DNA from: Lingula anatina
Taxonomy: Eukaryota > Animalia > Brachiopoda
Direction of reading: 5' to 3'
DNA length: 64,000 nt
Assembly (NCBI GenBank): GCA_051362555.1
Contig: CM120640.1
Location: forward strand, 9,486,001-9,550,000
The notes under the pieces were generated by a model. That model worked only from the letters and a program-made list of their open reading frames with translations, had not been told where the DNA came from and ran no database searches. Each line of letters starts with the position of its first letter. Position 1 is the first letter of the stretch. Shown piece after piece: positions 36,517 through 50,988 of the stretch. Both the position numbers and the translations under genes were made by a program.

Positions 36517-39500
36517 TTGTACCTACCTGTTGAGTGACACATTTTGCGAATTCAGTACCACCTCAGATTTTGGATTATTAGGTTTGAAGTGAGGAGGTAT
36601 AGCAATCAGGTGGTGTATAATCAGCCCCCTGAATTTACCATACACTAGAAACTTGCATCTTATCTATTATCACCATGCTTGTACTGTGTTGTTTCTTGTT
36701 TTTGGAGGATTTAAGTTACACTGATTTACAAAAAAAATTATTGTTATGATTGAATCATTATCAGTTGCATTTTGGGGTGACACAAATTTATGAAAATACA
36801 AATACAAATAGTGAAAACAGCATGTTTCTGTAGAATGTTGGGAAGTGTCATAAAAAAAGTCAGAAATGGTCTCTACAGTTAGTATCCCTGTGAATATTAG
36901 TGAAATATATACCACAGTATGAAAACATTTATAAGCCTAATGCATACCAGTATGCTGTTTATTGCATGGTGTTGGTGAAAAGTTGATCCCTTCTTGTTTT
37001 AATATTGAATTCTCTTCTTTTTTTATCACATACTAGCTAATCAATTACTGTTATTTTCATTTCTCTTTTCATGCACTGTTCTAGTAATTGGGCTTTATCT
37101 TTGGGGGGATGGAAACCTTGGTGAAGGCAGACTTGTGATTACAGCCATTAGAACTGTGGAAAATGCATATACATCAGTACATGCTATGTTACATATAGAT
37201 ATTAGCAAAACAGGATGGACAAAGCTTGTTCTATTAGGAGATTCTAATCTGGTTTGCTTCCCTGTACTAGTACATACATGTGAGCATATGACAGTCCCTA
37301 ATTAGAAATAAAAGAATCATAATATGCCCTGGCTAACGTCAGATTACTTTCACACTCAGCAAACAAGTATTGATCCTGATAATTAATAGGAGGACTATTT
37401 CCATCTAATTGTTTTATTGTATTTTGTATAGTTGCTGTGTCTCTCTCTATACATTTTTATATTGAAATATGTAATCATTTTGGTAAGGGTGAGATTTTTT
37501 AATGAAAAAACAATAATAACAGACAATTGGTGCTGTAATTAATTTTTTTTTATGATCAGAGACTAAAAATTGCAGAAAAGAATTAACTAACCCTATGCTA
37601 AGGGTTCCATCTCCCAAGATGGGTCTTAGTATTTTCTGCTGAGGCTTGTTGCAGAACCCAAGTGCTTAAAATACATGAGAGAACAGCAAAACATTCTTTA
37701 AGTGGGGGTGTATGGGGGTTAAGCATTCAGAAAAATGAATAGTGACAGGTGTGTGTGTGTGGGGTGGGGGTGGGGGGTGGGGGGTTGGAGGTTTGGAAAT
37801 GTAGGTGAAATCATACACTTGAAGTTGGATATTGGTTGAACGGCATCTTTGCCTGTGGTGCAATGTTGCAATGTTTTAATTTTAATTTTTTTAAAAAAGA
37901 CTAATGATGGCTGAAAGAGGTGACCAGGGCTCCTTAGCCCCCTTGCTTCACCCTGGTTCAAAAAAGTACTTAAAGGGGGACTAATGCACTCCCTCCCTGT
38001 AACTCCCATGCCTGTATATGTTGCGGTAATGAAAACATGTGTTCTCTAGTGTGAGAACTATGCCAGCTTTAACCCTTGTATGCAATGATTAAAGTTGTGG
38101 TGTCTTTTGCTGGATATCTAGAAATCTGACATCCTGCTGAGTGGGCTGCAAACAAGGTGATTTATCATGATGGCTACAGAATTACACCTGAAAGTCGTGC
38201 AACATGGAGTGTAGATGGCTTTGATACATTAATTGATTTTTTTGCTTACCACACAGAAGCTAGAAGTAAGGTGGTTGCCTTTGATATGTGCAAGGGTCTT
38301 TGTGAAATCCAGAAATGTTTATTGGCTGCTTTGAGCAAATTAGCACTATCATGCCAACTTTAAATTTTAATGTAATTGTATTTGCAAGAACAAGTTAAAG
38401 TGATTATATCTATTTTAGTCATATCAGCACAGCTGTGTTCATGGTTTTGCACATGACTTTTGTAAAAAAAAAAAAAAATCTTGAGAGATATTTAATTGAA
38501 ACTGATAGTTGGGTATGATATACACTTAAATAGGAAGAAAATGGCAAAAAGCTAAATAAAATTCCATTTATTATTTGATAAAAAAAATATCAAAGGGTTT
38601 GCCCTGACTACAGTGTTTTTTTTCTTTTTAGTACAAACCCGTCTTTTTGGACATTATTATGTTAAAGTAAGAAGTATATGTTTTTTAACCATACTATAAT
38701 ATTGTTAACTTCAGAAATATTGATTCTTCTACTTTCAATGAACTAACAAAGATTGATGTGGTGAACCATTTAAAGATGCATTTGAAGCGAGTTGACATGT
38801 AAGGTCATTGACACTCAACCTGATCAAATGCCACAATTTAGTTTCAAATGGCATAACTTCAAGAAATACCAAAGGGTATCATTTCATATTTACAGAAAAA
38901 TGATATTTTAACAGATATATTTTCTGTTATTTTTTCTGTGCTATACATGTACATTCACGTAAACCTGGGTTATTTTTGCCAACTCTGTGATGAAAATAAT
39001 TTTGCTATTGCACGCCCAGCACTACATCACTCAGCAGACTTATCAGAATGGGAGAGACATATAGATGAGACATTTACATCCACAAATTGATGAAGTTGTA
39101 GTTTTAAAGCTTTTTTTTTTTTTTTGGATGACAGAGTGATTATTTTGGTTTATCTTTAAAGAGGCATGTGGTCTTTATTTGAATGATATAAGAAACTGGT
39201 AATGGTAGTGGTGATTTACAGGAAATCTTCACTCACTTCAAATGTAACTTTAAAGTTTTCATCCATTTTATTATAGAGATCATTAAAATTCTGCACTGGG
39301 CTGTGTAATGTATGAATGCATGTCAAAGACAAGTGTCAAAGTAGTTTTTAGTCTGATTATTTGTACCAGTATCACTTGTATAATTAATTAATAATCCTGA
39401 CTGATGCTGTAATTCATCCTGTTGCAGCTGACATAAGTTTTTAAAGGGTTCACCATGTGTAATGATATGGTAATAGGAGACAGACCATTGGCAACCACTC

Positions 39501-41149
39501 TGCATGCTTGATATGACAGTTTCCCTTATATTTTCCTATATGTGCAGTCATTGGTAATGGTTAAACATATACCTTTTACTAATCTGCTGGAGTTTCTTAG
39601 CAGGTGTATGTATTTACTGTATCATGTGGTCCTATTCTGAGTTAGAATTTTATAACAAAAAACAAAAAAGTATTAAATTAAATAGCTCAATTAGTAGATG
39701 GGTGAAAAAGAAATCATATCAATAAATGAACAAATAAGAAGATGGATAAAGATAACAAAATTTAGATTTTTAAATTTGCATGTTTTTGTGTGGATTGTAA
39801 ATTTTTAATTGGCTTTTAGAAAAAATGTAGGAAAATGAAAATGCCATGCTTTTAAGTCTATTCAGGATTAATTTTTGATGCATCAAAATAGGCATGGTAA
39901 TTCCTTTATCTTAGTGGTGATTACATGGCCAAATTCCAATTTAGAAACTTTTTTGTTAATCAAGTTGTGCAGTGTATGCAGAAGTCGTTGAAATTATTTA
40001 GGTGTCTGAGTTATTATCATATTACCGGAATTTCTAAATGTAAATTATTCATTGGAAAGAACTGTGTAGCCTTCCCATAGAGATTTCTAAAGGATAATTT
40101 TTCCCATTAGCCTTTTTTCTTTAGGACACCCATACATGTAGAAGTTCAATACAATTTCTATAACCATGTCTTATAGGAATCTTGTAGGACATCCAATAGA
40201 ACTCCTATAGTACTGTAGGATTTCCTATAGAGTTCCACGGGATTCCCTATAGCCAGTCTTATTATTCTTATAGAGTCCCAAATAGTCCTGTAGGAAAACA
40301 ATAGGAAATTATCAAATGGGTAATCAAGTTTTAAAGAACTTGCTTTCAGTTGTATAAGGATTGAGTAACTTAAATTATGACTGCATTTCATACTGTAACA
40401 ATAGTTTAAAGGACAATGTTCATGTAAAAATCCATTTCTCGAATTTTGAAGATACAGCACTCAATCTATACACTAGAGGTATGTTTTAATCGATCCCCGC
40501 CATTTAAAAATTATAAAAACAATCTATTAGTAGAAAAAAAGCGTTTTAGTAAACCTCACCTCAATATGCAAAAATGAAGCAACAGATCTGGGTCACGTGG
40601 TACTGTGACGACAATCACGATAAAGGTCTATGAGACTCAACTGAGCTGCAAGTGCATACAGACGGAGAAGTTAAGGAAAGTTGTGTTGAACGGAGTTGAG
40701 GAATTTGACGGCATGAAGCAAACCCTTTAAGTTAATATCAGCCTCAGTTTGATTGTGTTAAAGGTCTCTTCTAATTAGCTGTAAATGAGGAATGAGGAAT
40801 GTTTTTTGGTGCAAGTTGAGTCACCATGGAGGTGATCTCCTCACAAACTTGCATGAAAACAATTGCAAGGCTTATGTTAAAAAAATATCAGGGTGTGTGG
40901 TAGGTTTGCCTTATAGTGTTTCACAGTTGAAATAGAAAGTGAGATATACGTGAAAAAAAAAAAACATTTCTGCACATAAGTGTAATATATACACCACTGA
41001 AATTTAAATATAAGTCTGACTTTTGGAACTCAGCGCAGTCAGTTGCATGTGTTGTCACTTCCTCCCGGCATCATTCCTTGATAAATGTGCCTTAATTGGT
41101 TTCCCTATCTTTTACTATAGGAATTAGTATGGTATATTTTATGGGCTAC

Positions 41150-41214
<65 letters not shown>

Positions 41215-41964
41215 ACCTAATATACAGAGAGAGAGAGAGAGAGAGAGGTTAGCATCTCCAGGGCTGTCTTCAGCTTCCTATAAGAATTATTTTAATTAGT
41301 ACATATATGTGTGAGTGTGTACACCATAAATCCAGTAACATACATGTATAAGCGAGATGTATATAATGAAATATTAAAATAATCATTCAGTCTTGGTCAA
41401 CATAATAGAAAAAGATAAGCCTCTAATATCTTTACAGAGCTTTAAGTGATATCCAATGGTAGTACAATTTCAACAAGTTAATGATTATATCAATATCCAT
41501 TAAAGGCACCGCAGTTTCCATTTCTGGGTTCTTTCCTCTGCCAATAGATTTTCAAGGGAAGCCTCAAATTATGTTAGCATTGAAATGTGTCCAAGAGGCG
41601 CACTTGGGAAAGGACCAATTGTTATTAGAGGGAAAAATCAATACAGTGACGGCAAGCAGCACGTGGGTGTAGGCACTTGTAGGAATAGCCTGTTTCGCCG
41701 AGCCAAGCCTGATATGATGCATTGTTGCTTGGATAGCATTGGTCATATATTATTGAACACCAAACCAGAATTTTGAATAGGAGAGAGATCAGTGATTATT
41801 AATTTTCATACCTGGAGTGTTGGTTGATCAGTTTATATCCACTTATCATCAGTTTGCCTGAACAAGTACCATACCATGGGAAAGTGTGCACTAAATATAC
41901 TGACTTCAGTGAAATAGATGCTTACTGTTAGATTGGAGGTGACAACTTTCAATTGTTGTCAGTA

Positions 41965-42043
41965 ATGGCTTTAACTCTACACCTGAAATATATTGAGAAT
42001 CTGCGAGGGAAGAGCGAGAGGTTGGTGAAAGTAACTTTCAGAG
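41965..42043 (+). CDS. OTOF: Otoferlin-like ferlin, coding exon 1
   Basis: MALTLHLKYIENLRGKSERLVKVTFR+G, 79 nt, donor GTAAGA; resembles the vertebrate otoferlin N-terminus [27 protein letters not shown] (recalled). Confidence 0.92.
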
Positions 42044-43391
42044 GTAAGACGTCCATGCTACAGTTAAGTGTTTACTTTGGGTTATTTCTTCATGCCAGGT
42101 AGACAAACATTACACAGGTTCTCTGCCTCCTTATTATATTTACTGTGAATATGTGAAGGTTTTCATCATGATTTCTCTTCATTACTGACTTCAAAACCAA
42201 TCCCCTTGTGATATTGTGCTTTAGCTAATGGGGATGTAATTTGCCTTTGATTAACTTACCCATTGACACTTCTCTGCAACATACATGCCTGATAATTTGA
42301 ACTCATTTAAGACTTGTCACTATTAAAAAGAATAAGAAAATGAATTAGAGGAAGTAATTTTTTAATTTGACAATTTCCACTGTCACTTGTGAGCTGAATG
42401 TAAAATAATGAAATATGATGCTTCAGTAATATATTGGATAATGGAAACAATAAATTTACACAAAGTATTACTGGTGGTACTTTTGGTGTGTGGAATGAGA
42501 AGAAAGTAAAAGTCCATATTTTACTCTTTTGATGGAGTGTGTACATGGTATAGTCTTTGTGTATTTGTACTTATAAAAAATAAAAAAGTTGATTGAAATA
42601 GTAACTTTGAATTTTAGTTCAGAAGATGTGCCAAGTCTGTGGCTGCATGGTTTAAAGTTACTTAATCCATTTAATGTTAGGGCAAGTGATATGACATTCA
42701 TAAACTGTCATGAATGTTGCAAATCATGGGGAACTTTTTATACACCAACTTGCACAGAGTAGATAAACAATATAAAGAATGTCACTGCATATGCTGGTAA
42801 GCTCATATGTCCATTTGAGGACCGATGAAACTTTTGTTGGAGATTACCTCCATTCAAGCTCGCTGAGGCTGCCTGTACATATGTAGGCAGGGTGCTATTG
42901 TTTGTGTAATACAAAGCAGTACAGCTATTTCAATATACTGTTTGTTCACATGGTATTTCTTGCTTTAGTTGTGAATTAAAGGCAGGTCAACGTAAAGTGA
43001 AATTAGGGCCCAATTTGCACATTGAAAGCAATAAAGACCACATGCTTCCAGAACATCCTTTTTAATTCTCCCATCATTTTTGATAAGAGCATCTTCAAAT
43101 GTCATTGACATCATGTTTCAGTGTTTGACTATTCATGTAGTTGATGTTATAACATTGAAGATTGAAAAAATAATTACATTTGGAGAGACTAAAAGGCAAT
43201 TGAATAATGGTTAGAGACAAGACAATGTAAAATGTCATGACATCATTGGTTATGCATAAATTTTCTGTTTTATATTTTCAAAACATTATTTGTGTTTTAA
43301 TCAAAGCTAGGAAACAGGGCAGCTAGCACACTTTAAAAAGTACAACTGTAAAAAGAAAAGTTCATCTTATATCATCTGTAAAGCTTCCTTA

Positions 43392-43606
43392 AGGTGCATT
43401 CCCATTGATTATAGATCAATCTATCCCCGTGGGGAGTCTCACTAGATTACTGTCAGATGATCCAGCTTAAATGTCCGTCCCGCCTACTACAAGGTGTAAG
43501 GGGGTAATTAACTTCATTGTGCGGTCGGCTGACTGCAATTTAGTGTGAACCCCCAGGGAGTTAGGTCGATCTAGTAAGATTGATCTAAATCTCTGGGAAT
43601 GCCTTC
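43392..43606 (+). mobile_element. PIF/Harbinger-like MITE, family A
   Basis: TIR ..gcattccca / tgggaatgc.., TTA on both sides; second copy at 46987-47210. Confidence 0.82.
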
Positions 43607-43609
43607 TTA

Positions 43610-43853
43610 GTGCTCATTCCCATGACACTGTCAGACTATATACGTAGACAAATCCAACTCTGCAGGAACTCTAGCTTAATGCAACAGATTAACATGCCTC
43701 TTTTTGTTTCCAATGTACTCATATAATCACCAGCATTTCTGTATTCTACTCATTGCCTAGAGGAAGTTTAATTGTTAAACTGATTGCATTCAGTGAGAGT
43801 CTGTGAAATTTGATCGATCTACGGAGAGCCATAGTTTCAATGGGAATGAGTCC
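43610..43853 (+). mobile_element. PIF/Harbinger-like MITE, family B
   Basis: TIR gtgctcattcccat / atgggaatgagtcc, TTA on both sides; shares the TTA at 43607-43609 with family A. Confidence 0.78.
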
Positions 43854-44889
43854 TTAGATTTGACTTTTAAATATATGATTTTGCCACAGATTTGTTTTTA
43901 GCTTGGGCCAGCATGCATATGTGTACGTACTTCTATGTATGGTTTGTCTTGCTTTTCAGCCAAGAGAAGTAATTATCTAAGAATCTGTTGTCCTTGATAA
44001 ATGTATATATACCTAGCCCTTGTCATAAATTATGCAATTGTTACTATGGCACAATTGTCTGACAGTGGATGTGTAAGTTGATATGTTGTTCTTATTGACC
44101 ATGCAGACATATTGCATTGCATTATTTGAAAACAACAGAAATTAATAAAGCAATCACAACACTCTTGGCCATTGTTATCCATATGGTATTGTAACTGTTC
44201 CTTTTTTTCCTTTTTGGATGAGATAGTATAAAAATTGCAAACCAAATATGTTTTTCATAATTATGGGATATTTTAATAACTTTGGGATTAACAAGGAATT
44301 AAATTGTACCATTATCCTTTATCTGAAGTAAATAGAAGTACCTTTTGATTTAGATGTTATTTGCAATTTTAATTTGCAAATTATATGACCCCCCCCCCCC
44401 ATCTCCTTTGAGCCTGTATTAATTTAACTTAATCAGCTAGCAGCTGGGCTGTATACTGGTAGGTTATTTTACCATTATTGAGAACAATATAGTACATGAA
44501 TTATTTACTCTATTGTCAGGCCATAAGTTTAGATTTGATCACTTCACTTTACTGTTAAATGGAATGATTATTGGGTAGATAAGGTAACTAATGCTTCATC
44601 ATGCCATCAGCCAATTTTGTTTTCATCACCTCTTGTTTGAATTTTGCCTATTTTCCAATTGTGACTCTGTCTTCTAATTAGTTGGAGATATTTATATACA
44701 ATATTTGTGTTCACAGTATTTAGGCTCATATTAAGGATTTGTGAAATGGGTAGAAGGTATAGGGATCCAAATGCAGAATCTTTATTTTTGTGCTTTTGGA
44801 AAAAACCCAATTTAAAAAACATGCAAGTACATGGATATTCAATTTCTACCAATTAATAATGTTTTAAAATCAAATGTCTAACATCATAT

Positions 44890-45032
44890 ATTCTGACAGT
44901 CTTCCAAATCTCCTTTTTTGAGTCATCCCCCATTTTAACTGTTTTCTGACAAAAAAAAAAAAAAAAAATAGATGCCCATGTAAACTTGAAAATTCTGACC
45001 GTCTTCCAGAAGACGGTTTCCATCCACCCCTG
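44890..45032 (-). mobile_element. Decayed inverted copy of the 5806 MITE
   Basis: ttctgacagtcttccaa and taaacttgaaaattctgaccgtcttcc are reverse complements of internal segments of 5806-5973. Confidence 0.75.
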
Positions 45033-46986
45033 AACTGTACATTGAAACTTGATTGCTAGCTAGTGTACTGTTGATCAGCTTGATTGCCTTTGTTTGGAAG
45101 GAAATTAACTTAATACATTGTATGTGAGTTAATCATAACCTTGGGTCTGGGGATGTCGTGACATCACTGAACTGAGCATGGACAGCTTGAGGTCATGTTT
45201 TGAGTCTATTTTCATTGGCCTTCTCCATCTTCCAATTTTCCAAAAGTAAAAGCAATTCAAATTCTATAATCATGATTGTACTTTTTTGTGCATTAGGCAT
45301 TTTTTTAATCTATCTCATGTTTAGTGACTGGCTGGCTAATTATTTATAGTTTTATAAGATATAATTTTTCATGTAATAGCACAGAAATCTAAGCATTATT
45401 TACAATGTATGTAGCATACCATGCGCTGTTCAGTGTATGGTGAAAAGTCAACATTACCCTGCGAGAATATAGATAAAGGTATGGGATTTTTTATGGCTTT
45501 TTTTATTGGCAAATTTAATTTCCCAGGTCGATTCTTTGACGCAATGAAAACTAGAGTAAACCACTTTAATTATAGATTAAATGCAACAGGGAGTCCACAT
45601 TCATTGTATGCATCATTATATTTGAAGTAGGAAATTTGTTAGAATATCAAGCAGAAAAAAAGGTTATTCTACATTGTGGGTACTTGAAAAGAGTTATAAA
45701 ATATCTTTTTTCATTTAATCTCATTTTTGTCCTATGCAATCAATCATTCCAGGCAATCATGCAAATATCAGCACTTGTGGTAAATGGTTTAAAATAATAC
45801 CATTTCATAAATTTCCATTAGTCTGACTGGAACATCATGAAATCTAATATTGTGAACCCTGGTGTAACTAAAAGAGATGTCAGAATACTTCAATGAGAGC
45901 TTTTGAATGTGCTTGGTTACAGCATGGACGATTAATACAAATCTGTATTAAGTGAAACTGAACATAATAGCATAATTCCTTGTGGACTTTGACAAGTTCT
46001 TTCAAGCATAACCTTTTTTTATAGGATAGCCCCCCCTGTACAAACCTCCTGAAGTTAACAATATTAACAGATTTAGCAGTTTTGGATGCTTGTTTGGGGT
46101 TTTGGTAAAATACGTATATTGTGAGTAATTAAAATGCTCACAAAAGATCATTTATCATGTTTGCAGTATGAAGTACATGTTTCCAATATGTACATGTACA
46201 TTCCATTGAAATCCTGTAATTTGTTCTTGGAAGTTGAAAAATATGAAAAACTCACATTTGAGTGACTTTTGCAATATTCCATCGTAAGATATACTGTATG
46301 ATGGATGATATGTCTTTATGTATGAAGCGAGGAAACAATCACTATCATAAACTGAGACCAGCAAAGAAGTTGCCATTGAAATATCCAATGTCTGCATGTA
46401 CAAGAATATCTTTCCTCTTTTTGAGTAGAACACTTCCAACAGAATGATGAATACATTGAGGGAACTAATGAAGCTGTGTCGCAGGTTGAAATCCATGAAT
46501 GGAGAAGGATGGATGGTATATGTATGTGATGATGATGAAGGATCGAGCTCATTCTAAATGTGACAAAAAATGATGATATAATAAATTGATGATATAATTA
46601 AGTTACATACTAAACGGTTTTCTTTGTCATCACTTACTTGCATGTCCTCCGAGGCAGCAAAATCAAGCAAGGGATTGACAGATATCTTAAAATTGCTATT
46701 TTGCCAAATATCTGAAGGCCTGTACAATGTTTTGAACAATTTCATGTAATTATGACACATAAATATAAATGAAATATATAGTTTTATTATTAGAATATAG
46801 TTTCTGGGTTGAATTATCATTCAAAATAGGTGACCCCCAAATCACAAAAGACGAGCAACTGACTGTATATCATGAATAAGGGGTTAGGGGTAAAATTTGA
46901 TGTGTAGGTGACCACCCTGAGACCCAGGTGCCTATTGTTTTATACCAAAAGAAAGGCCAATCATCAAGGATTATTTTGATGTATTA

Positions 46987-47210
46987 GACCTCATTCCCAT
47001 AGATTTTAGATCAATCTATCCCTGTGGGGAGTCTCACTTGATTACTGTCAGCTTAGCCGGCTTAAGGGTCTGTCCCGCCTACTAAAAGCTGTAAGGGGGT
47101 AATTACCTATGGTGCGCGCTCGGCTGACTGCAATTTAGCATGAACCCCCAGGGATTTAGGTGATCTAAATCTAAATCTCTGGATCGATCTAAATCTCTGG
47201 GAATGCACCC
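46987..47210 (+). mobile_element. PIF/Harbinger-like MITE, family A, copy 2
   Basis: Colinear with 43392-43606; TTA TSD. Confidence 0.85.
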
Positions 47211-48030
47211 TTAGACATATCATTCAGATTTAGCATATTCAGTGTGTGACATAACATAGGGTCTGCCCTAAATGATTTTGAGCAAAACAGGCCTATTTTT
47301 TCAGTTTATTTTTAGTTATGATGGTGAAACATGTTTTATCTTGATATATGTAGGTAAAATATGCAGGTATATAATTTTCTAAGCCTTTGGTACATTAAGA
47401 GGGGCAAATACCATGAAAAAATGCAAAAACATGCTTAAAATCAGTAATTTTTGAATATCGCAAACTTCAGAGGGTATGTACAGGGGAGTTAGAGAGGTTT
47501 AAAAATTCTAAAAAAAAATACTGTTTTGTCTTTTTAGACCTATTACATAATGTCAGGGGGGTAGTACAAAAAGTTGGTATTATCACCCCACACACACACA
47601 CACTTATAGTCCTCTTTCACTAATGACATGAAATTTTAAAAGTTATAGCTATAAGATGAATAGTTTTTTTTAAATATCGAATACCTCTTTCCTGACTTAA
47701 CCTGAAGGAAGTTGAGTTTTTCTCTGATAAAAGGTGGGAGAATTTGAAAATGGAGCTTGAAATGTTAACTTTGAGCCTTCTTGTTATTGAACTGTTCTCT
47801 TTGTTCCTGAAAAAATCCTCTTTGCTTCATATTTTTGTACTTAATTTTTTCTAGGTTTCTCTTTAACATCCCAAAATGCATACATAAATGTCGTTTTTCA
47901 TTTTTCCTGTAATCATAAAAAATATGTGTAATCGAACTTGGCCTCATTGCAGGTACTTTTATATTGTCAGAGGTGTACCCAGAGAGCTTTGTTGATCCAT
48001 CCTCCAGTTTTGACCATATGTACATATATC

Positions 48031-48198
48031 CAGGCCCGTAGCCAGCAATTTCAAAAGGCGGGTTCGTTTTTTGAAAAAGTGGACCTTTTCCCATAAAAAC
48101 TTCATGTACCTAGATCAAATTTTACCCAGAGTGGACCTTTTCCCAGCAAAAGGGGCGTTTCTTTCGAACTCCCCGAACCCCCCCTGGCTACGGGTCTG
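48031..48198 (+). mobile_element. hAT-like MITE with 6-bp TSD
   Basis: TIRs CAGGCCCGTAGCCAG / CTGGCTACGGGTCTG; flanks tatatc/tacatc. Confidence 0.88.
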
Positions 48199-50818
48199 TA
48201 CATCTGATTGTAAAAAATGATGTATTAGTACTTGTACATGTATGTAAGATGATCATAGTTTCGTGTTTCTGATGAAGCAAATGTTCCTCCATGTGCATTA
48301 ATCCAGTAACTGACAGTTAAGGTTGTACATACATTTAGGTTTCACAGGCAAGTGCCTCTTTTAATCTCCAAAATGGTTTGTTGTCTTGTCTGTAGATGCA
48401 CCATGTACATGTAGCATGATGATAGACTGCTACTGTTTTTAGAAACCTTCATAAAGATAGCAGTCATTTGCCAGTTGAATACTTCAGTTTACTGCATGTT
48501 GAGAAATGAGACATTTAAGCTGTAATGGTGCCAGTATATCAACTATTTTGAGGAAAATCGTCAATGCATTTTTTTTTTTTTCTGATAATGGATTTTTGAG
48601 TTTTTTTTTCTGGTAATGTGATTTGTGTAGAAACTGCTGGAATGTTGAAATAACAACTACGAAACCATTGGTAAGATGTAAATTTTGTTTTTATACAACA
48701 TACAATGTGTTAGTGGACATACAAGAAGAATATATATATAATTGGAAAAGGTCTCAAAAGTTGACTGGTGTACAATAATTGACTGTAACATTTATCTTTT
48801 CTGTATTAAGGGTGATTTCACAGCAGAAATTTATATATCTGCAGGATCAAGCTGGTTATTGCAGATATTTATTTTAATTTCCCCACAGAACCTTCATGTT
48901 TTAGACACATTAGTGACATAACCAGTCAGGCATTCCCCTAAGCTATTGTTTCTCTTTTAGAATACATTGTATTATAATTATCAGTTTGATCAAAGTGTAG
49001 ATTAATTTCACTGATTCGGCATTTAAATCACAATTTCTGTGACAAAATGTTAAAATGGTGAATATATGACCTTTGCATTTGAGCTATTTTCTGGTTTACT
49101 TTCTATTTCTCATTTATGATGAATGACAAATGTGTTAATTCAGATACCAGCTTTCAATTATCTTTCATGTATCATGTATTAGGGTGAATTAAGTGAAATG
49201 TATTTTTCATGATTATTTTATAAGTTGTTATGCTACAGTAGAATCAGCTGTAACAAATTCCCATTAAGTCCTTAAACCTTATGCTGAAAGCTACATCAAA
49301 AGTACTGTACTCATAAGGTAATTGCAAAGCTGTTACATCAGCTGTTAAGCCTTCAGTGGGTATTCCCAAATTAGTTGGTCCAACAAACACATTGTACTCT
49401 CTGAACTAGCTACTCTTACCTGGTGCTACTTCAGGTAGATCATTATCTAGTTCAATCTGCCTGTTAGAAGTGATTATAGCTTATTTTTCCATGTCCAGTT
49501 TATCAGACAAGTGCCAATTAAAAAGACACAATACCAACCTAGCATGTTTGGAAATGCTTATATCACCCTATGTCATGTTTTACTGGGTTGATTTTCACTC
49601 ACAATGACATTGGGATAGAATGGGTCATTTCAGAAATTTTTTACCCTTTAAGAACAGAGCAGTACAGGTAGGCAAACAGTTGATGGCATGTGTCAAATGG
49701 TGAATAATTTGTCACAATCCACCATTGCATGTAACAGAAAAACATAATTGCACTGTTTACCTAACAAGTGATCGATGTCTTTGCAAGAGACCATTTTCAT
49801 GCAAATATTCTTGAAGAACACATGACAATTTACATGTATGTTTTGCATTTGTTTACTATCATATTTAATGGATACATTCACAAAGAAGGAAATAAAATTC
49901 AGACATTCCTTTGAATATAAACTCATCTGAACAGGAAGGTAATTATTTTCAGGTGGCGCATAACACACACTAGGTAATTGAGTAATCGATGACTTAATAA
50001 TTAACCATGTTGCCTGACATTAAGATCTTCTTAGCAAGTGAAAATAATCCAAGTGACTGAAATCTAGTTATTTAGATTCAGAATGGTAAAATATTTTAAA
50101 CATGCTTTGAATATATAGAAGCAAAGTACTGGTAACTGCCTAGGTGCTTGTAGACTTGAAAAAGGCATTTGATCCAGTTTTTCATTAACCTGTAGGACTC
50201 GAGTATAGACTTCCAAACAAATTATATATCACTCTTTTTTATAGTTTTAAATTAACACAGGTATAACAGTTGGACTTGGAGGGGGGGGGATGAAACAATC
50301 ATAGATTATATTTGAAATCAACATTCAAGCTAGCAGTTTAGAACTTAAGATATTTTTTGCGGAAGATATGATAGTTTCTTGTTTGAAATTATCATGCAAG
50401 CTATTGATCAGCCATCTGTTATCTCATGGTCAATCCATTAAGTACCTTGCACAGATATTATCTTTACTAGCTACATGTACATGTTTTATTGTTAGCACGG
50501 CTGTCAAGTACAACAATTATCTTACAATATTGTTAAATCCTCCCAAACACTTAAGTTTAACAGTTACTTCACCATAGTTACCACAAATTTAGGATGGTAA
50601 GGACAACCTTATTGATAGCATACGGTAAGTTATATTTAATTTCAGGTGGTAAAGTATATCCTTTGATGGATATGTTCATGTTTATACCGTAGGAAAGGCA
50701 ATTTTTAACTTTTCATAAAAACTGTGGGTTGATTTTCTGAAGGGAAAATCATTTGATTTAAACACTACAATTTTAAACTGCAAATACATGTAATTGAGTT
50801 CTACAAGACCAAATAAAG

Positions 50819-50988
50819 GCCACATTCACAACCGAAGTTGATCTGCGGACTAACAGATCTGTGGATCAAATATATGTGACCTATTTGAAAGTGTAATCCC
50901 CGTGGGGAATCTATTTAGAGTCTATTAGGGGATAATGCAGCAAGCTTTCAAATGGGTTGACCATGTTTGATCTGCAGATCTGTTAGTT
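50819..50988. mobile_element. Truncated palindromic MITE
   Basis: ctaacagatctg...tttgaaag pairs with ctttcaaa...cagatctgttag; the core atccccgtggggaatct resembles family A. Confidence 0.55.

Noticed and set aside
37085-37305. About 73 open codons after a pyrimidine tract and AG
   Set aside because: No recognisable protein and no partner exons; cannot be distinguished from chance.
38157-38363. 68-aa ORF weakly like a LINE RT motif (VVAFDMCKG vs LDISKAFD)
   Set aside because: Similarity too weak to call without a profile search.
41585-41776. 63-aa ORF just upstream of the otoferlin ATG
   Set aside because: No homology or splice support; could be a uORF, but the transcript start is unknown.
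46262-46556. Coding-like stretch in otoferlin intron 1 as a nested gene
   Set aside because: Stops interrupt every frame and no family is recognisable.
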